Of a stretch of 64,000 nt of DNA, positions 24,904 through 38,499 are shown piece after piece. The translations under genes were made by a program, and so were the position numbers. The DNA comes from Octopus vulgaris (lineage: Eukaryota). The notes below the pieces were generated by a model. It ran no database searches. It saw only the letters and a list, made by a program, of their open reading frames with translations, and was not told where the DNA came from. The stretch lies in NCBI GenBank assembly GCA_951406725.2, contig OX597828.1, positions 8,618,001-8,682,000 of the forward strand, read 5' to 3'. Numbering within the stretch: position 1 is the stretch's first letter; each line of letters begins with the position of its first letter.

Positions 24904-26109
24904 ATATAAAAAGAAATAAAGAATGAGGCAGAATTTTAGGCGAATCGGATTAGAGTTTCGAACGGACGAGATTCATCAATTGCTGTTATTCTTATGTATT
25001 TCAAGAAAAACTCATAGCAGTTTATTGAATCATTTCACTTTTAGAAGAAATATTTATTTCTGTCGAAGCCATTAAAAATGGCTGCTTTAAGCACATATTT
25101 CTTTCAGTTTGCAAGGCTTGTGTGTTGGGTAATTTGAGGGAGGAAAAAATATAGCCTTTAAAATAGGTTAACAAAAAACTAGAAGAGACATTTATTATAT
25201 TATATTTTGTAAATATTTTCCAGGCATAAACAAAATTTATCAACATTTCTGTGAAAATATTGTTCTCCTTCTAGTAAAGCTTATGAAGGAGATATGAAAT
25301 GAAATGAAAGAATATGAATTATAGAAAATATATTCGTTTCATAAGCTGTAAAATTAGAATTACTATTTATCATAATAATGTTCATTCAATGTTCAAAATT
25401 GAAGCAAAATATACTGGATGCAATTTATATTATCTTTTTAGATTTATTTTGTGTGTTTTTTTTTTCTTTAGACATTGAGCAAAATATTATTTCACTGTCT
25501 GTTGGTGCAGCAACTGAATTATATATCAGACATGGCAATTTGAGATTTCTAAATTGTTTGTTAAAATTTAAGAAAACAATTAATATACAAATAAAATAAT
25601 TAAATATATGAATATTTCTAACCTTCTCTCCCCTTAGTAAAAAAAGAAACACAAAGAAATGTAAATGAAAAATATTACCGAATATTGTACGTGTTCAAAT
25701 GCAGTGAAGCTGATCAAAATGATATTAAACCGGCTCAGGACGACGTTGTAGCTCTAATGTGGAAGGATTTGTTATATTATAGCCGTGGAAATGTAAAAAA
25801 AAGCGCAATATATAAACAAAATAACGTTCAACTCTATGATTCAATCTCAGTATAATTTAAAGACTTTATTGTAATATTTTTGAATTTAGTAAACCGGAAA
25901 TTTCATTGTATTGTTCATACACCAGGCAGACGGAATGTGGAGGTGTAGGAAAGGAGAGACTGAAGGAGAGAAATAAATTAAAATGAGAGACAGATGGAGA
26001 AATCCATAATATACACACCGAGCGTATCTTACTTTATTTCTTTGGTTTAATTACAAATTATTTAATTCTGTCTTAACAACTCTGTCTCTCATCCTCTTAC
26101 TCTTCGTGC

Positions 26110-26256
26110 ATATATATGTATATATACATTTCTACATACACACACGTATATATATTTGTTTATTTGTTTATACATACATGTATATCTATACATATATATA
26201 CACATATACACATACATATATACATACATACGTATATATATATATATATATGTATA

Positions 26257-26340
<84 letters not shown>

Positions 26341-26345
26341 TATAT
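26110..26345. repeat. Compound (TA)n/(CATA)n microsatellite
   Basis: Direct. Confidence 0.95.
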
Positions 26346-26774
26346 AAATGTATGCATGTATAAGTGAGTGCATATTATAGGTTTTGCCTTTTATTTGGTT
26401 TAGTCACCGAGTATAGAGCTGCGGCCATGCTGCTGTATAACCTTCATGGGCCCAACTGAACAAATCGATAGTTGTGCTTATTTTAAAGAGTGGTGGTTAT
26501 GCCAATAACATTTCTTATACACTCCTTGCAATTCCACTGTTGGAACCGGAGATGCTATTTGCTGTTAAAAAATTATGAGGCCTGGTAGGTATTCTTTGCC
26601 TGGTATTCTTTGTTGAGCTCAAAATTTCCAGTAGCAGGTATGCCCTTTATACATTTGAATAAATATATGATAAATGCATACATGCATGTGGGTGAGCGTG
26701 TACCTCTCTATGGTTATGCTATACACACATACACACACACACACATACACGAACACACACACACACTAATATAT

Positions 26775-26829
<55 letters not shown>

Positions 26830-27093
26830 TTTGTTTATGTGTATGTAATGTCTTGTCATAGACGCTTTTGTATCTAAAACAATATCTTAAAACACATTTC
26901 TAAATGACAATTTGATCGTTTTGAAGAAGGTATTCGACCTGTTATATACTTCGTAACGAAGCACCCTTATTATAAGATTTTTTATTTAAGGAACGCGAAA
27001 CACTGCTGTAAGCAGACACTTAAATAACTGTATTCTCAGAATATATGATAGACATATATGTCTATGACTATACACACACAAACACACACACAC

Positions 27094-27130
<37 letters not shown>

Positions 27131-27280
27131 TATTCATACATATATACATACATATATTTATATAAATATATTGCTATAACTATAACTATATTTATATATA
27201 CATACAAGTATAAGCACATAAATACGAAGCAAGGTGGAAAATATAGTACTCGAATACCAGAGGTAGAGTATTATGCTCAA

Positions 27281-27450
27281 TTAAAAAACAGCAAAAGCAT
27301 CACAGAAACTGTTACTCACAGTTTCACGCTCCCGTTCGTCGAAGAGTTTTCTTTAGAATCTAAATAAAACTAATTCCAAACACACTGTCCATCAAACGGA
27401 AAACTGAAGAACTGAGTAACAGTTTTTGTGATATATTTGGCACTTTTTAA
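27281..27450. repeat. Inverted repeat (fold-back), probably Penelope pLTR-derived
   Basis: atcacagaaactgttactca (27299-27318) matches the reverse complement of 27413-27432 at 19/20; weaker pairing extends both ways. Confidence 0.75.
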
Positions 27451-27661
27451 TAAACTATATATAAATATATATATAACTATACGTATACATAGACGTATAC
27501 ACACACACATATATATACTTTTATGTATGTATTATATTTATATATACATACACGTACAAATGCATACATTTTCATATATATTTTCATATATGTATATATG
27601 TATATATGTACATATAAGTGTACGTATCTACATATGTGTATATATATATGCATATACATGA

Positions 27662-27728
<67 letters not shown>

Positions 27729-28703
27729 CATATGCTTTGTCTGTTGTTGTACTTTAAATTCTATTTACCAATAGCTCTGTAGCACGCACAGTCTAGACAG
27801 TTTTTGCATAATTGATTTCTGCAGTGAAATTGAATTTATGAGGCTAGAATGCTGGTCAAATGCCCACATATTATGTCAAAGGCTACCAATCTTACTATAG
27901 TGGGACCTGTAATCAGTAATTCTTGCAATTAGTTCTGGAAAATTGCTTCAGGTAACTTTTTTGACATACGTCGGCCTTTTTGCCAACTAGCGCTGCTAGA
28001 ACTCTTGAATGTTGACTGTTTAGTTGGTGTGATTGTTAATGTACCTATCATTTATTACTTTAGAATCTCGAAATATTTAAATTTTCAAAACCTAAATTTA
28101 TTCCCCCATTGCCCATCTGTTTGATAGAAATCTATCCAAATAATTCCATTTTGTTGTGTTCTTCGTAGAAGTGACTGTGTCTTCGTTGATAATATTTTGA
28201 TCGACAATGCATTCGAAACTTCTTTTTGGAAAACAGAAGACAGAATGCAAGAACGCTTTAGCGTTCTTTGTTTAGGTGCTGTAGGCTTAACCAAGTGAAA
28301 AGTGTATTCGGCCTCAGAGGTGTGGAGGGAGATTGAAATGTTATATAACATCACCTAAAATATACTGATATTATTTAAAGTTGCAAATGTTATTTTATAA
28401 CTATTGCTAACTATTGATTAAATCACATGGATGGGAATTTTAAAAGTACTAAGTTGATATGATACGTAATTTGGTTTTAACTATATATTGTCTAATTATT
28501 CTAGGAGAAAGGTAGTAATGACCACGAAGTGTATTTCTACCTATGGTGAAATATGTTCATATGGTTCACCCTAGATATCAGACGTTTGATGATTAGAAAT
28601 AAAACGTGTCTTTTGAGGGAGTTATGAGGAGATCTGTTTCTGCAAGCAAATCATAAGAATATTTTAAGTGATACGCATCGCTGTGTCATTTAGAATACAT
28701 ATC

Positions 28704-28905
28704 CGAGGGATTACTGAAAAGTTCCCGGTTTTAAGGGTATCGTGAAATGTCTGGTTGGAGGCCCAGCATACTGAGTTCATTTACTGAAGGAGCGCTGCAA
28801 TAAGTGTTTGAATCTGAGAGGGAAATATGCTGGATAAAATTATAATTAACTGACTCTCCTGCGTTTTTGTTTACCCAAAACTAGGGATATTTTAGTACTC
28901 ACTCA
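28704..28905 (+). mobile_element. Mariner-type MITE, about 200 bp, degenerate TIRs
   Basis: Starts cgagggattactgaaaagttcc; homologous in reverse orientation to 36613-36825. Confidence 0.7.
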
Positions 28906-29249
28906 TAAATGAATAGATGCAAATACAGTCTAAAATTTTACATGTGCGCTTATGGTTCTATTAACTTTACAAAAATATGAGAGAATTTAGAGAATGAACA
29001 CAGGTGTATTTATAAGTAGAACACAATGTATGGTATAAATTTCTCTTCCTTTATCAATGATATTATTTGAGTGTGTAATCGTTGTTATGTAAGTATTGAT
29101 TACAGATGTGCGTAGTACAGCGAATATCAACTTTTCAACACTAGACCGCTTTCTGTATCTTGAAGAGAAGACTTATAAATCGATATACACTTTAGATATT
29201 TTGTAAAATTTGATACCAGAAATATTAGGTTTCGCCTTTGCAACGTTTG

Positions 29250-29460
29250 CAATATTGGTTTCAAATTTTGGCACAAGGCCAGGAAATTCGGGAGAGTGGT
29301 AAATTTATTACATCGACCCCAATGCTCAATTGATGCATATATTATCAACCCCGAAAGAATGAAAAGCAAAGTCGAGCCCAGCAGCATTTTAACTCAGAAC
29401 TTAAAGGCAGACGAAATGTTGCAAAGCATTTTCCCTGACGTGCTAACTAACGACTGTGCC
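29250..29460 (-). mobile_element. SINE family A, degenerate, alternative tail
   Basis: attggtttcaaattttggcacaaggcc...atcgacccc...gaaagaatgaaaagcaaagtcg. Confidence 0.8.
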
Positions 29461-31036
29461 AAATTCCAGCATCAGACATTTGTAATATTACGGCTTGATA
29501 AAGCAGATAAATTATCATACTATCAGCTTGTTATTAGAAATGTATATTGATTCAATTTTCAGAAATTTTAAGAAAACCATGATGACATATCCCCAAAGGA
29601 AGATGCTTTTCATAATTATTGTCCATTACAGAAATGCATACTTGCACGAAAATGCGCAGGAAGTATATAGCCGAGGTCTTTATATGAAATATTATAAAAG
29701 AAGAAAAATTTATATCGTTGGTAAAGATGTGTATAAGGGGGATGTTGACAACAAGATCAGATATGGTGTACCAGGGATTATCAGATGATGGAAGAACCAA
29801 GCAAGAAATGCTTTACAGGTGATATGAAACTTTAGTCTACAAGCTAGTTATTTTATCAGAAGCGTCTTCCAGATTGCAGGCTTTCTCAATATTGAATTCT
29901 AAAAGGCTTTAACCCACGATGTTTTCAAAATTCAGTACATACTTGTGATATGATCTAAAATGTGGGATATGAAGTTACAATAGAATAACCACTGTTATGA
30001 ATCTATATTGAATTTCTAAGTGACGGGCATTTGTTAGTGCTATAGAATACACGATTTTGAGTTTATATTACACTACAAATTCATATTTGAATGAAAACTC
30101 AAGACAAAAGAGTAGGCGTTTGAAAAATTGTACTCTCTGAACCTAATGTGGGCAATCAAAACTAAATTTTCACACACACATACACACACACACACGCACA
30201 CATGCACGCACACACGCACACACAAACACATTACAAACACATCAATTTATTCAAATATTTATGTATACATAAATATATAATATAGTTATGTATTTATATA
30301 TATTTATACATGTGTGCGTGTATTTTTGTATATGTATGGGTATGTATTTATGTACGGGTGTATATATATATGTATATATATATATATACACACACTCACA
30401 CACTGAAACATACAAACACAGGCTAGTTAAGAGAACTGTAATGTTAGTTCGCTGTATGTGAGTTAGGCATTTATATTTCGACATATTTTTGAGTTGATTT
30501 TAAAATGAAAATTGACTTTGCAGTAGAGTAAAGACGAATTAAACAATAACTGCCACTTATTCTAAGCTACATCTTCTAATAATCCATTCTAGCTGTCAAA
30601 TACTCTGAATCGATTTTAGACGAAAATGCCACCTCCAGTCTCTCCCAACCACGCTCTACCTTCCCTACCTCACTTTTTTTACTGTTGTTGTTTTCTTGTT
30701 GTTGTTTATTATACTTTTAAGTGTTTCTTTTGTGTTTGTTCCAGTTTTTATTGTAGTTGTTGTTATCGTTCTTAATACGTTTCAGTGGGAGTGATTGTTG
30801 TTGTTTTATCACATAAAGATTAAATATTTTTACTCTCTCTCTCCCATCGACTACACATGCTGTATTTTTATTCGTCAAATCCGTATTAACGTCCATCAGG
30901 AATATATAAAAATTGGAAACAAAAAGAAGCGAAGTAAAAGACGTATCACCAGATTGCATTACAATTCAGGATAAATCTCCTTTTAAATTTTAACAGTTAC
31001 CGCACACACCCCAAATACAGATTTAACATATATTTC

Positions 31037-31089
<53 letters not shown>

Positions 31090-31235
31090 TGCTGTTGTTG
31101 TGGTGCGGGAGGTGGTGGTAGTGATGATGGTGGTTGTGGTGGTGGTGGTGGTTGTGATGGTGGTGGTGGTGGTGGTGGTGTTCGTGGTGGTGGTGATGGT
31201 GATGTTCGTGGTGTTCGAGGTGATGGTGATTGTAT
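31037..31235. repeat. (GTA)n then (GGT/GAT)n trinucleotide tract
   Basis: Direct. Confidence 0.95.
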
Positions 31236-31559
31236 TGTTTATGGTTTTGGCTTTGTACTTGTTTGTGTTGTTGTCTCAGTGGTGGTGGCGTTGCAGGTGT
31301 TGTAGTTGTCGCTTCAATTTTGTGTGGAAGGTGCTGTTATTTATTGCAGCAGCCCTTCAAATATAGTTGTTGTTGTTGTTGTTGCTGTTGTCATTTTTAC
31401 TTTACTGTGTACTATGTATTATTTTGAGCATTTATTTAAATGATGACGGAGAAGGAATTAAAACAATATAATATGAAGGACGATTAAAATAAATATTAAA
31501 ACTAGCAAAAATCTGATTGAAATGTTGAAGTAAAATGACAGATATAAAATAAAAATAAT

Positions 31560-31605
31560 GACAGCAACAACAACAACAGCAACAGCAATAATAATAATAA
31601 TAATG

Positions 31606-31670
<65 letters not shown>
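31560..31670. repeat. (CAA/CAG)n then (AAT)n
   Basis: Direct. Confidence 0.95.
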
Positions 31671-31868
31671 TTTAGTACAAGTCCAACAATTTCGGACCTG
31701 GTACCTAATCGATTACATCAACCTTTATAATTAACTGGTACTTATTTTATCATTCTCCGAACAAAAGAAAGGCAGAGTCTCGACTTCGGCGAAATTTGAA
31801 CTCAGAACACAAAAACGGGCAAAATACCGCCACATGTTAAGATCGGCGTGCTACCGACTCTACCTGCT
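31671..31868 (-). mobile_element. SINE family A, degenerate
   Basis: atcgattacatc...actggtactt...aatttgaactcagaac...cggcgtgcta. Confidence 0.78.
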
Positions 31869-32119
31869 AATAAAAATAAAATAGAAGTCGAGGACTGTTA
31901 CAGATCCAACTGTCTTTATAACAGCAACCAAACGGGTTGACGCGTATCGAAAGAGCATCTATGACGGGATGCGTAAATTTGACTGCAAATATGAAATATT
32001 ATCAAAATAAAATTGGATTGTACAGGATCTGTTGATCAACAATACAGAAGCACAAGAAGAGGAAACAGAGGAATTATTAGTGATAGCAAAATAGATAAAA
32101 ATACAAGTCAAATAAAATG

Positions 32120-32340
32120 AAATCACAGTGCTGTGACATATACGGAAAAGTGAGGCATTGCATGGAGAATAGTCTCCAAGGATCGACGATCATGACGTAG
32201 ATACAAATATTACCAATAAATGGTTGGCTAAATCTTTATTTAAAAGAGGAACAATAGGCTTCATTATAATAGTTCAGGATCAGTGTCTCTCCTCCAAAAA
32301 CCACCAAGCAATCATTTGTAACGAATGCGAGTTGTAGACT
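32120..32340 (+). pseudogene. R4/Dong-type non-LTR retrotransposon fragment (post-RT region up to the CCHC finger)
   Basis: From 32155: ALHGE*...DVDTNITNKWLAKSLFKRGTIGFIIIVQDQCLSSKNHQAII, matching the LHG...WL...LKxETEGFI..AQDQ.L.TRNY motif. Confidence 0.75.
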
Positions 32341-32568
32341 GAAGTTAAGAAACAAAAAAATATTAAATAGTCAGTTGTTTCCAAAATCAGCTCTTTGAAT
32401 GACCAATTGCTTATACAGATAACTTATAAAACCTCGCAAACAGGGCTTCAGATAAACAGGGACTAATTACAATGTAATAATAATAATGTATACAAAAGAA
32501 TACAAAATACAAAATTTCTGATCGTTAGTAAGGAGAGACACAAAAATAAGAAAGAAGAAAGCAAAGAA

Positions 32569-32608
32569 CCACTGATGAGGTCACAGAAGTGTGACGAAAG
32601 AACTCTGG
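32569..32608 (+). ncRNA. Minimal type-I hammerhead ribozyme motif, Penelope pLTR-type
   Basis: cca-CTGATGA-g-gtcaca-gaag-tgtgac-GAAA-gaac-TC-tgg. Confidence 0.6.
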
Positions 32609-32975
32609 CCGAAATAAGATTAAGATTAATGTAAAAAAAAAAAAAAGCTGAAGCAAATTGGCACCAAATATATAGTGCGTTTCTTTTTATTGGCTAAACT
32701 GGCAACATGACCATTCCTAAATACAACACATAATAATGTAGTAATGTGACAAAGACTCAAAATTATTTGAAACAATACAAAACTATTAGAGTAGATATCA
32801 AATTTACTCGTGGAAGCTGCTAGTTACCTCAATTATGAAAGAATAGTAGTTTAATATATTCGTTCTCCATGTGCATGTGTTTGTGAATGGGGTTGTAGAA
32901 TATAGAAAACGCCTCCAATGGATATTCACAGCTGCATGTTCCCTATATGAGTTGCGATAGACACATAGAACTCTC

Positions 32976-33365
32976 TCTTACTTTTTACTTCAGTCATTTG
33001 ACTGCGGCCATGCTGGAGCACCGCCTTTAGTCGAGGAAATCGACCGCAGGACTTATTCTTTGTAAGCCTAGTACTTATTCTACCTGTCTCTTTTGCCGAA
33101 CCGCTAGATTACGGGGACATGAACACACCAGCATCGGTCGTCAAGCGATGTTGGGGGACAAACACATACACACAAACACACATATAAATATACATATATA
33201 CGACAGGCTTCTTTCAGTTTCCGTCTACCAAATCCACTCACAAGGCTTTGGTCGGCCGGAGGCTAAAGTAGAAGACACTTACCCAAGGTGCCAAGCAGTG
33301 GGACTGAACCCCGAACCATGTGGTTGGTAAGCAAGCTACTTACCACACAGCCACTCTTGCGCCTA
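32976..33365 (-). mobile_element. SINE family B, full length
   Basis: Head, microsatellite and tail all present. Confidence 0.93.
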
Positions 33366-33804
33366 TACTCTGAGGAGAACAACTTCAATATAGTATTCTA
33401 ATTCATATGTTTAATGTCCAAAATCAAGACTAAGGAATATGTATCAGATCATAAATAAGAGATGACAACATTGTAGACGCTATAGCTATAAAGAAACGGA
33501 ATCTACTGAATATATTAGCAAAACTTCAAAATTCATGAACTTTGAGGAATATATATACGTGTGTGTGGTGTATGTGTATATGAGTGTTTGTACGTTAGCA
33601 TAACTGAAACAACTACACATTGAAAATTCAACTGAAATAACATATATATTTCAAATTCTTGCTCTGATTCTTTTCTCTTTATTGAGGACGATGCTACTCG
33701 CCTTCTACAAAGAAACATTTCAATTTCACTAGTGTAGTATTCGTTTCTTATAATTACTTATTTATCAATCTATGTCACTGTGTATTTCAAATATTGCCCC
33801 TCCT

Positions 33805-33806
33805 AA

Positions 33807-33839
<33 letters not shown>

Positions 33840-33939
33840 TGAATTTGTGTATATGCGGGTGCGTGAGTGTCTATATGTGTGTGAGAGTATATGTGTAAGT
33901 ATATCTATGTAATCATATATATATATATATATATATAGT

Positions 33940-33977
<38 letters not shown>

Positions 33978-33980
33978 TAT

Positions 33981-34013
<33 letters not shown>

Positions 34014-34037
34014 GCATGCATGTACAAAAATATATGT

Positions 34038-34068
<31 letters not shown>

Positions 34069-34246
34069 GCATATATGTATGTATGTACGAAAAAATATGT
34101 ATGTATGTATATATATATATATATGTATATATATATAAATGTATATATGTATATATAGAAATGTATACCCATATATATGTATGTATATATATGCATATAT
34201 ATATATATATACATACATATATATATATATATATGTACATACATAC

Positions 34247-34314
<68 letters not shown>

Positions 34315-34361
34315 GTGTGCGTGTGTGCGTGTGTGCGTGTGTGTGTATATATATGTATACG

Positions 34362-34408
<47 letters not shown>

Positions 34409-34440
34409 GCACGCACACACATACAAATATATAGATACAC
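33805..34440. repeat. Long compound (GT)/(AT)/(CA) microsatellite field
   Basis: Direct. Confidence 0.95.
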
Positions 34441-35095
34441 TAATTTACATTTACTGTTTGGTGACGTTGGTATTTTTTCTAACTGAATGAAAATTAATTA
34501 AAACGAATTATTCACATCAATAACGGTTGCCATGATGTATTATTTTTTTTTAGCGAGAATTATTTCTACGTTTTCATTTTTGAGGTTGTTACCATCATAT
34601 ATTGTTATTATTACATATTTAAATAATATTTATTTTGTATTATTCATCCTTTTTATTTTTTCTTCTTTCGCGTGCCTGTGTGCTGTGTGTTGAATGGGCA
34701 GGTACGTGCTTGGGTTAGAAGTTGCGGACAGTTTAAAAAGGTCGGAAAAATAATCAATACCAGATCTATAAGCAATTGCAAATTTTCTTTCTTAAGAGAA
34801 ACTAATGGAATGAAAAGGAACCTTTCTATTGGAATTTAAGATCGATAGAGATCGAATCCTACACGAGGAAATAATTTTTTATACTTGAAAATCACAATTA
34901 CTCCTTTTACTTTTTTTTTCTTTTGTTTCCAGTTATTGTGACCTTGGTATTGTTATTTTCTACAACAAATGGTTTTATTTTTCTTTTTAATATGCAAACA
35001 ATACTAAAATCTCATTAAATGACTTATTATTGATTTTGCGTCCATTGCTCTTTCTCCTTAAGAATACGTCTTGTTTTCTTTTTTTAAAAGGAAGC

Positions 35096-35099
<4 letters not shown>

Positions 35100-35171
<72 letters not shown>

Positions 35172-35340
35172 GTATGTATATGTGTGCGTATATATATATA
35201 CATATGTATATATATGTGTATATATATATATATATATATGTATATGTATATGTGTGTGTATATATATATGGTGTGTGTTTGTGCTTGTGTGCGTGTGAGT
35301 ATATGAGTGTGTCTATGTGTGCGTGTGTGTGCGCGCACGT
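35100..35340. repeat. (CT)n(AT)n(GT)n compound microsatellite
   Basis: Direct. Confidence 0.95.
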
Positions 35341-35574
35341 AGGTAAACTACCGATATTTCGTTTACTAAAGGTCTAGCATTTCTTTTGCTCCGCACATAA
35401 TTATGCGAAGATGAATTTTCCACGACCATAACGAACAGCCACCTTTCCATAGAATTATAACAAATATTTATTTACCTACTCGTAACAAACTGGACCCGGA
35501 AACCGTGGAACTGCATCTAATTATAACAATGGAAACTGTGAATGCCCAAAACGATATCTAACATTATAACATTA

Positions 35575-35970
35575 CTTACTTTTTACTTCACTCTCTTACT
35601 TGTTTCAGTCATTTGACTGCGGCCATGCTGGAGCACCGCCTTTAGTCGAGCAAATCGACCCCAGGACTTGTTCTTTGTAAGCCTAATACTTATTCTATCG
35701 GTACTTTTGCTGAACCTCTAAGTTACGGGGATGTAAACATACCAGCATCGTTTGTCAAGCGATGTTGGTGAGGACAAACACGGTCATACAAACACACACA
35801 CACACGTTTATGTACAGCGGGCTTCTTTCAGTATCCGTCTACCAAATCCACTCACAATGATTGGTCGGCCCGAGGCTATAGTAGAAGACACTTGCCCAAG
35901 GTGCCACGCAGTTGGACTGAACATGGAGCCATGTGGTTGGTAAGCAAGCTACTTACCACACACCCACACC
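35575..35970 (-). mobile_element. SINE family B, full length
   Basis: Matches other B copies. Confidence 0.92.
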
Positions 35971-36129
35971 TATCATTTTCAAGATTAGTTTCACTGCGTG
36001 AATAGTGTAATATGCATGTGATTTTTATCATTGCATTTCGAAACGTAGCTGATGAGGAACAAATGAAGGATAAGGCAGTTAGACGATGATTTATCTGGCA
36101 TTACATTTTATTTTTAATACTTCTTTCAA

Positions 36130-36510
36130 CATTTTGCGCAAGCCCTGCAATTTCGGGGAAGCGGCTAAATCTTTTTCATCGTCTTTATTGATGAAAGGCA
36201 AAATCGGCCACAGCGGGATTTGAACTGGGAACGGAGACTGATGAAAAGTCGCTAAGTATTTTGCCAGACGTGCTAACGATTCTGTCAGATCGCCACCTAT
36301 TTTTCCATTCGAAATATTGGTTTCAAATTTTTGCACGAGGTCAGTAGTTTTGGGGAAAGGGGTTAGTTGATTAAATCAACCCTTGTGCTCAGCTGGTACT
36401 TAATTTATCGACCCCGAAAAGATGAATGACAAAGTCGACTCCGGTGGAATTTGAACACAAAACGTAACGATTGATGAAATGCCGCAAAGCATCTTGCCCG
36501 GCGTGCTAAA
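36130..36510 (-). mobile_element. Two adjacent degenerate SINE A copies (about 36130-36298 and 36315-36510)
   Basis: gatgaaaggcaaa, atttgaac and gctaacgattctg motifs; second copy has the ggtttcaaattttt tail. Confidence 0.78.
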
Positions 36511-36612
36511 GCTGCATCTTTCTGTTTGAAATATTGGAAGAAATAAAAAAAATATATAAAAGCCTACTTAGTAAAAATTTGGCACTTGCATTTGCAGGAT
36601 ATTATTAGTATA

Positions 36613-36825
36613 CTAGGGTATGCTGAAAAGTTCATAGTTTGGTGTAAAAGAAAATACAGGATTAGTTAATTATAATTTTATTCATCATATTCCTCTCTCA
36701 GATTAACACGCTTATTGCAGCGGTCTACTAGTTTTTCTGAGCCATGTAAAAGAAGTCGGAACGTTTAGACTCCAGCAAAGCCTTTTGCGACTCTTTAAAA
36801 GCCAGAAATTTTGAGCACACCCTCA
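36613..36825 (-). mobile_element. Mariner-type MITE, same family as 28704-28905
   Basis: ta|ctagggtatgctgaaaagttc ... gaaattttgagcacaccctca; shared internal ctctcagatt..cac.cttattgcagc. Confidence 0.72.
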
Positions 36826-36965
36826 TGCATGCATAAATACATACAGACGGACAGGCATATATACACATTCATAAATATACGTATATACATATATGTGAAA
36901 GTGCGTGGCTTAGTACCCATCATGGTAACGATTCTCCAGCTCACTGCTTTGTTCGCATTTGAAAT

Positions 36966-37181
36966 TTTTTTTTCTACTCTAGGCTCTAGGCCGAAGTGCT
37001 TGGAGAGGGGGCCAGTCGATTACATCGACCCCAGTATGCAACTGGTACTTAATTTATCGACGCCAAAAGGATGAAAGGCAAAGTCGACCTCAGCGGAATT
37101 TGTACTCAGAACGTAAAGACAGACGAAATACGGCTAGGCATTTCGCCCGGCGTGCTAACGTTTCTGCCAGCTCGTCGCCTT
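36966..37181 (-). mobile_element. SINE family A, full length, with TSD
   Basis: ttcgcatttgaaat at 36952-36965 and 37180-37193. Confidence 0.93.
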
Positions 37182-37428
37182 CGCATTTGAAATATTTGGA
37201 GAAAGATTCGAAAATTACAGCAAAATCCTAGCGAATAAAAGTTCAGGTGTGTTGAAGGATTGTTAGCGAAAGTGTGATTTATAACATGGCAGTAATACAT
37301 GCGAAGGATTCTGGAAATCACCATTATTTATTATTACGCCCATTCTATTTATCTGACAAACCAGGTACTAAGGTATCTAGGACTTAGATATCCAAGAAAT
37401 TGTTAGTATATATACATATACGTATACG

Positions 37429-37564
<136 letters not shown>

Positions 37565-37584
37565 TATGTATGTGTGTGTCAAGT

Positions 37585-37872
37585 TGCGTGGTGCAGTGGT
37601 TGAGGTATTCGTTTCACGTCGTAGAGTAGTGAGTTCGATTCACGGCAGCAGTTTGTGTCCTTGAGTGAGACATTTTATTTCATATTGCTTAAGTCAACTC
37701 TACTGGCAAAAATGAGTAATACCCATCTATCAAAGGATCATCTTTGTCACATTCTGTATGACGCTGATCTCCCAGACAACTGCATTAAGGTACTCGTGTC
37801 TGTGGAGTGCTCAGCCTCTTACCCCTTAATTGCATTAGCAGGCTGATCCGTTGATCATATCAACTGGAACCT
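37585..37872 (+). mobile_element. SINE family D (tRNA head plus CORE-like segment) with tail type 3
   Basis: tggtgcagtggtt A-box, gagttcgattc B-box, gtgtccttgag; tail cgtgtctgtggagtgctcagcc. Confidence 0.75.
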
Positions 37873-38499
37873 ATACATGCATGTGTATGTGTTTGAGTTT
37901 CTCAATAATAGATATTTAGAAGTAAATTTGCATGTGAAACAGTTTAACATTTAAGAAAGGAATTATACACTATTTCCAATAAAGATCAGTATTTGATTAT
38001 ATAAGAAAAACGTTGAAAATGATTTCGAAGATTCGATTTGCTTGGTGGTGTCTAACTGTTGGTTGTTTAAATTATCGTAACTTACTTAGACTATTTGACA
38101 GGGGCGTTATTTATCTATTGGATGAGCGAAGTCTATGAAAACCGGATATAGCGTAAATGTGTTTGTAGGAAAACAGTAGAAGTGATTCAGTTGGAAGGCA
38201 AAAGGAAAAGAGCGAGTGCAATTGTTATACAAAGAATTATTTCTCGTCTTATTTTATTCGACTCCATGCTGAATTTGCATTGAGGAAGCTAGACAACTGT
38301 TTTCCTAGGCGCAGAACGGTAAGGTTTAAAGAACAAAATGCAATACGCACTTCTCGAAGACTATAACTTCAATAGAAATTATTGACTTCATTATACATAA
38401 CTGAAAAGCAGAATCAGTCAGTCTCCATTAGGTTAAAGTACCAGAAGTATTGTTTATTCGCGACTGTCCGCTTATCGCCTGATAATAAGCCTTTTGCTT

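Noticed and set aside
36036-36070. cgaaacgtagctgatgagg as a hammerhead core
   Set aside because: Both core strands are present, but there is no room for stem I and no stem II pairing.
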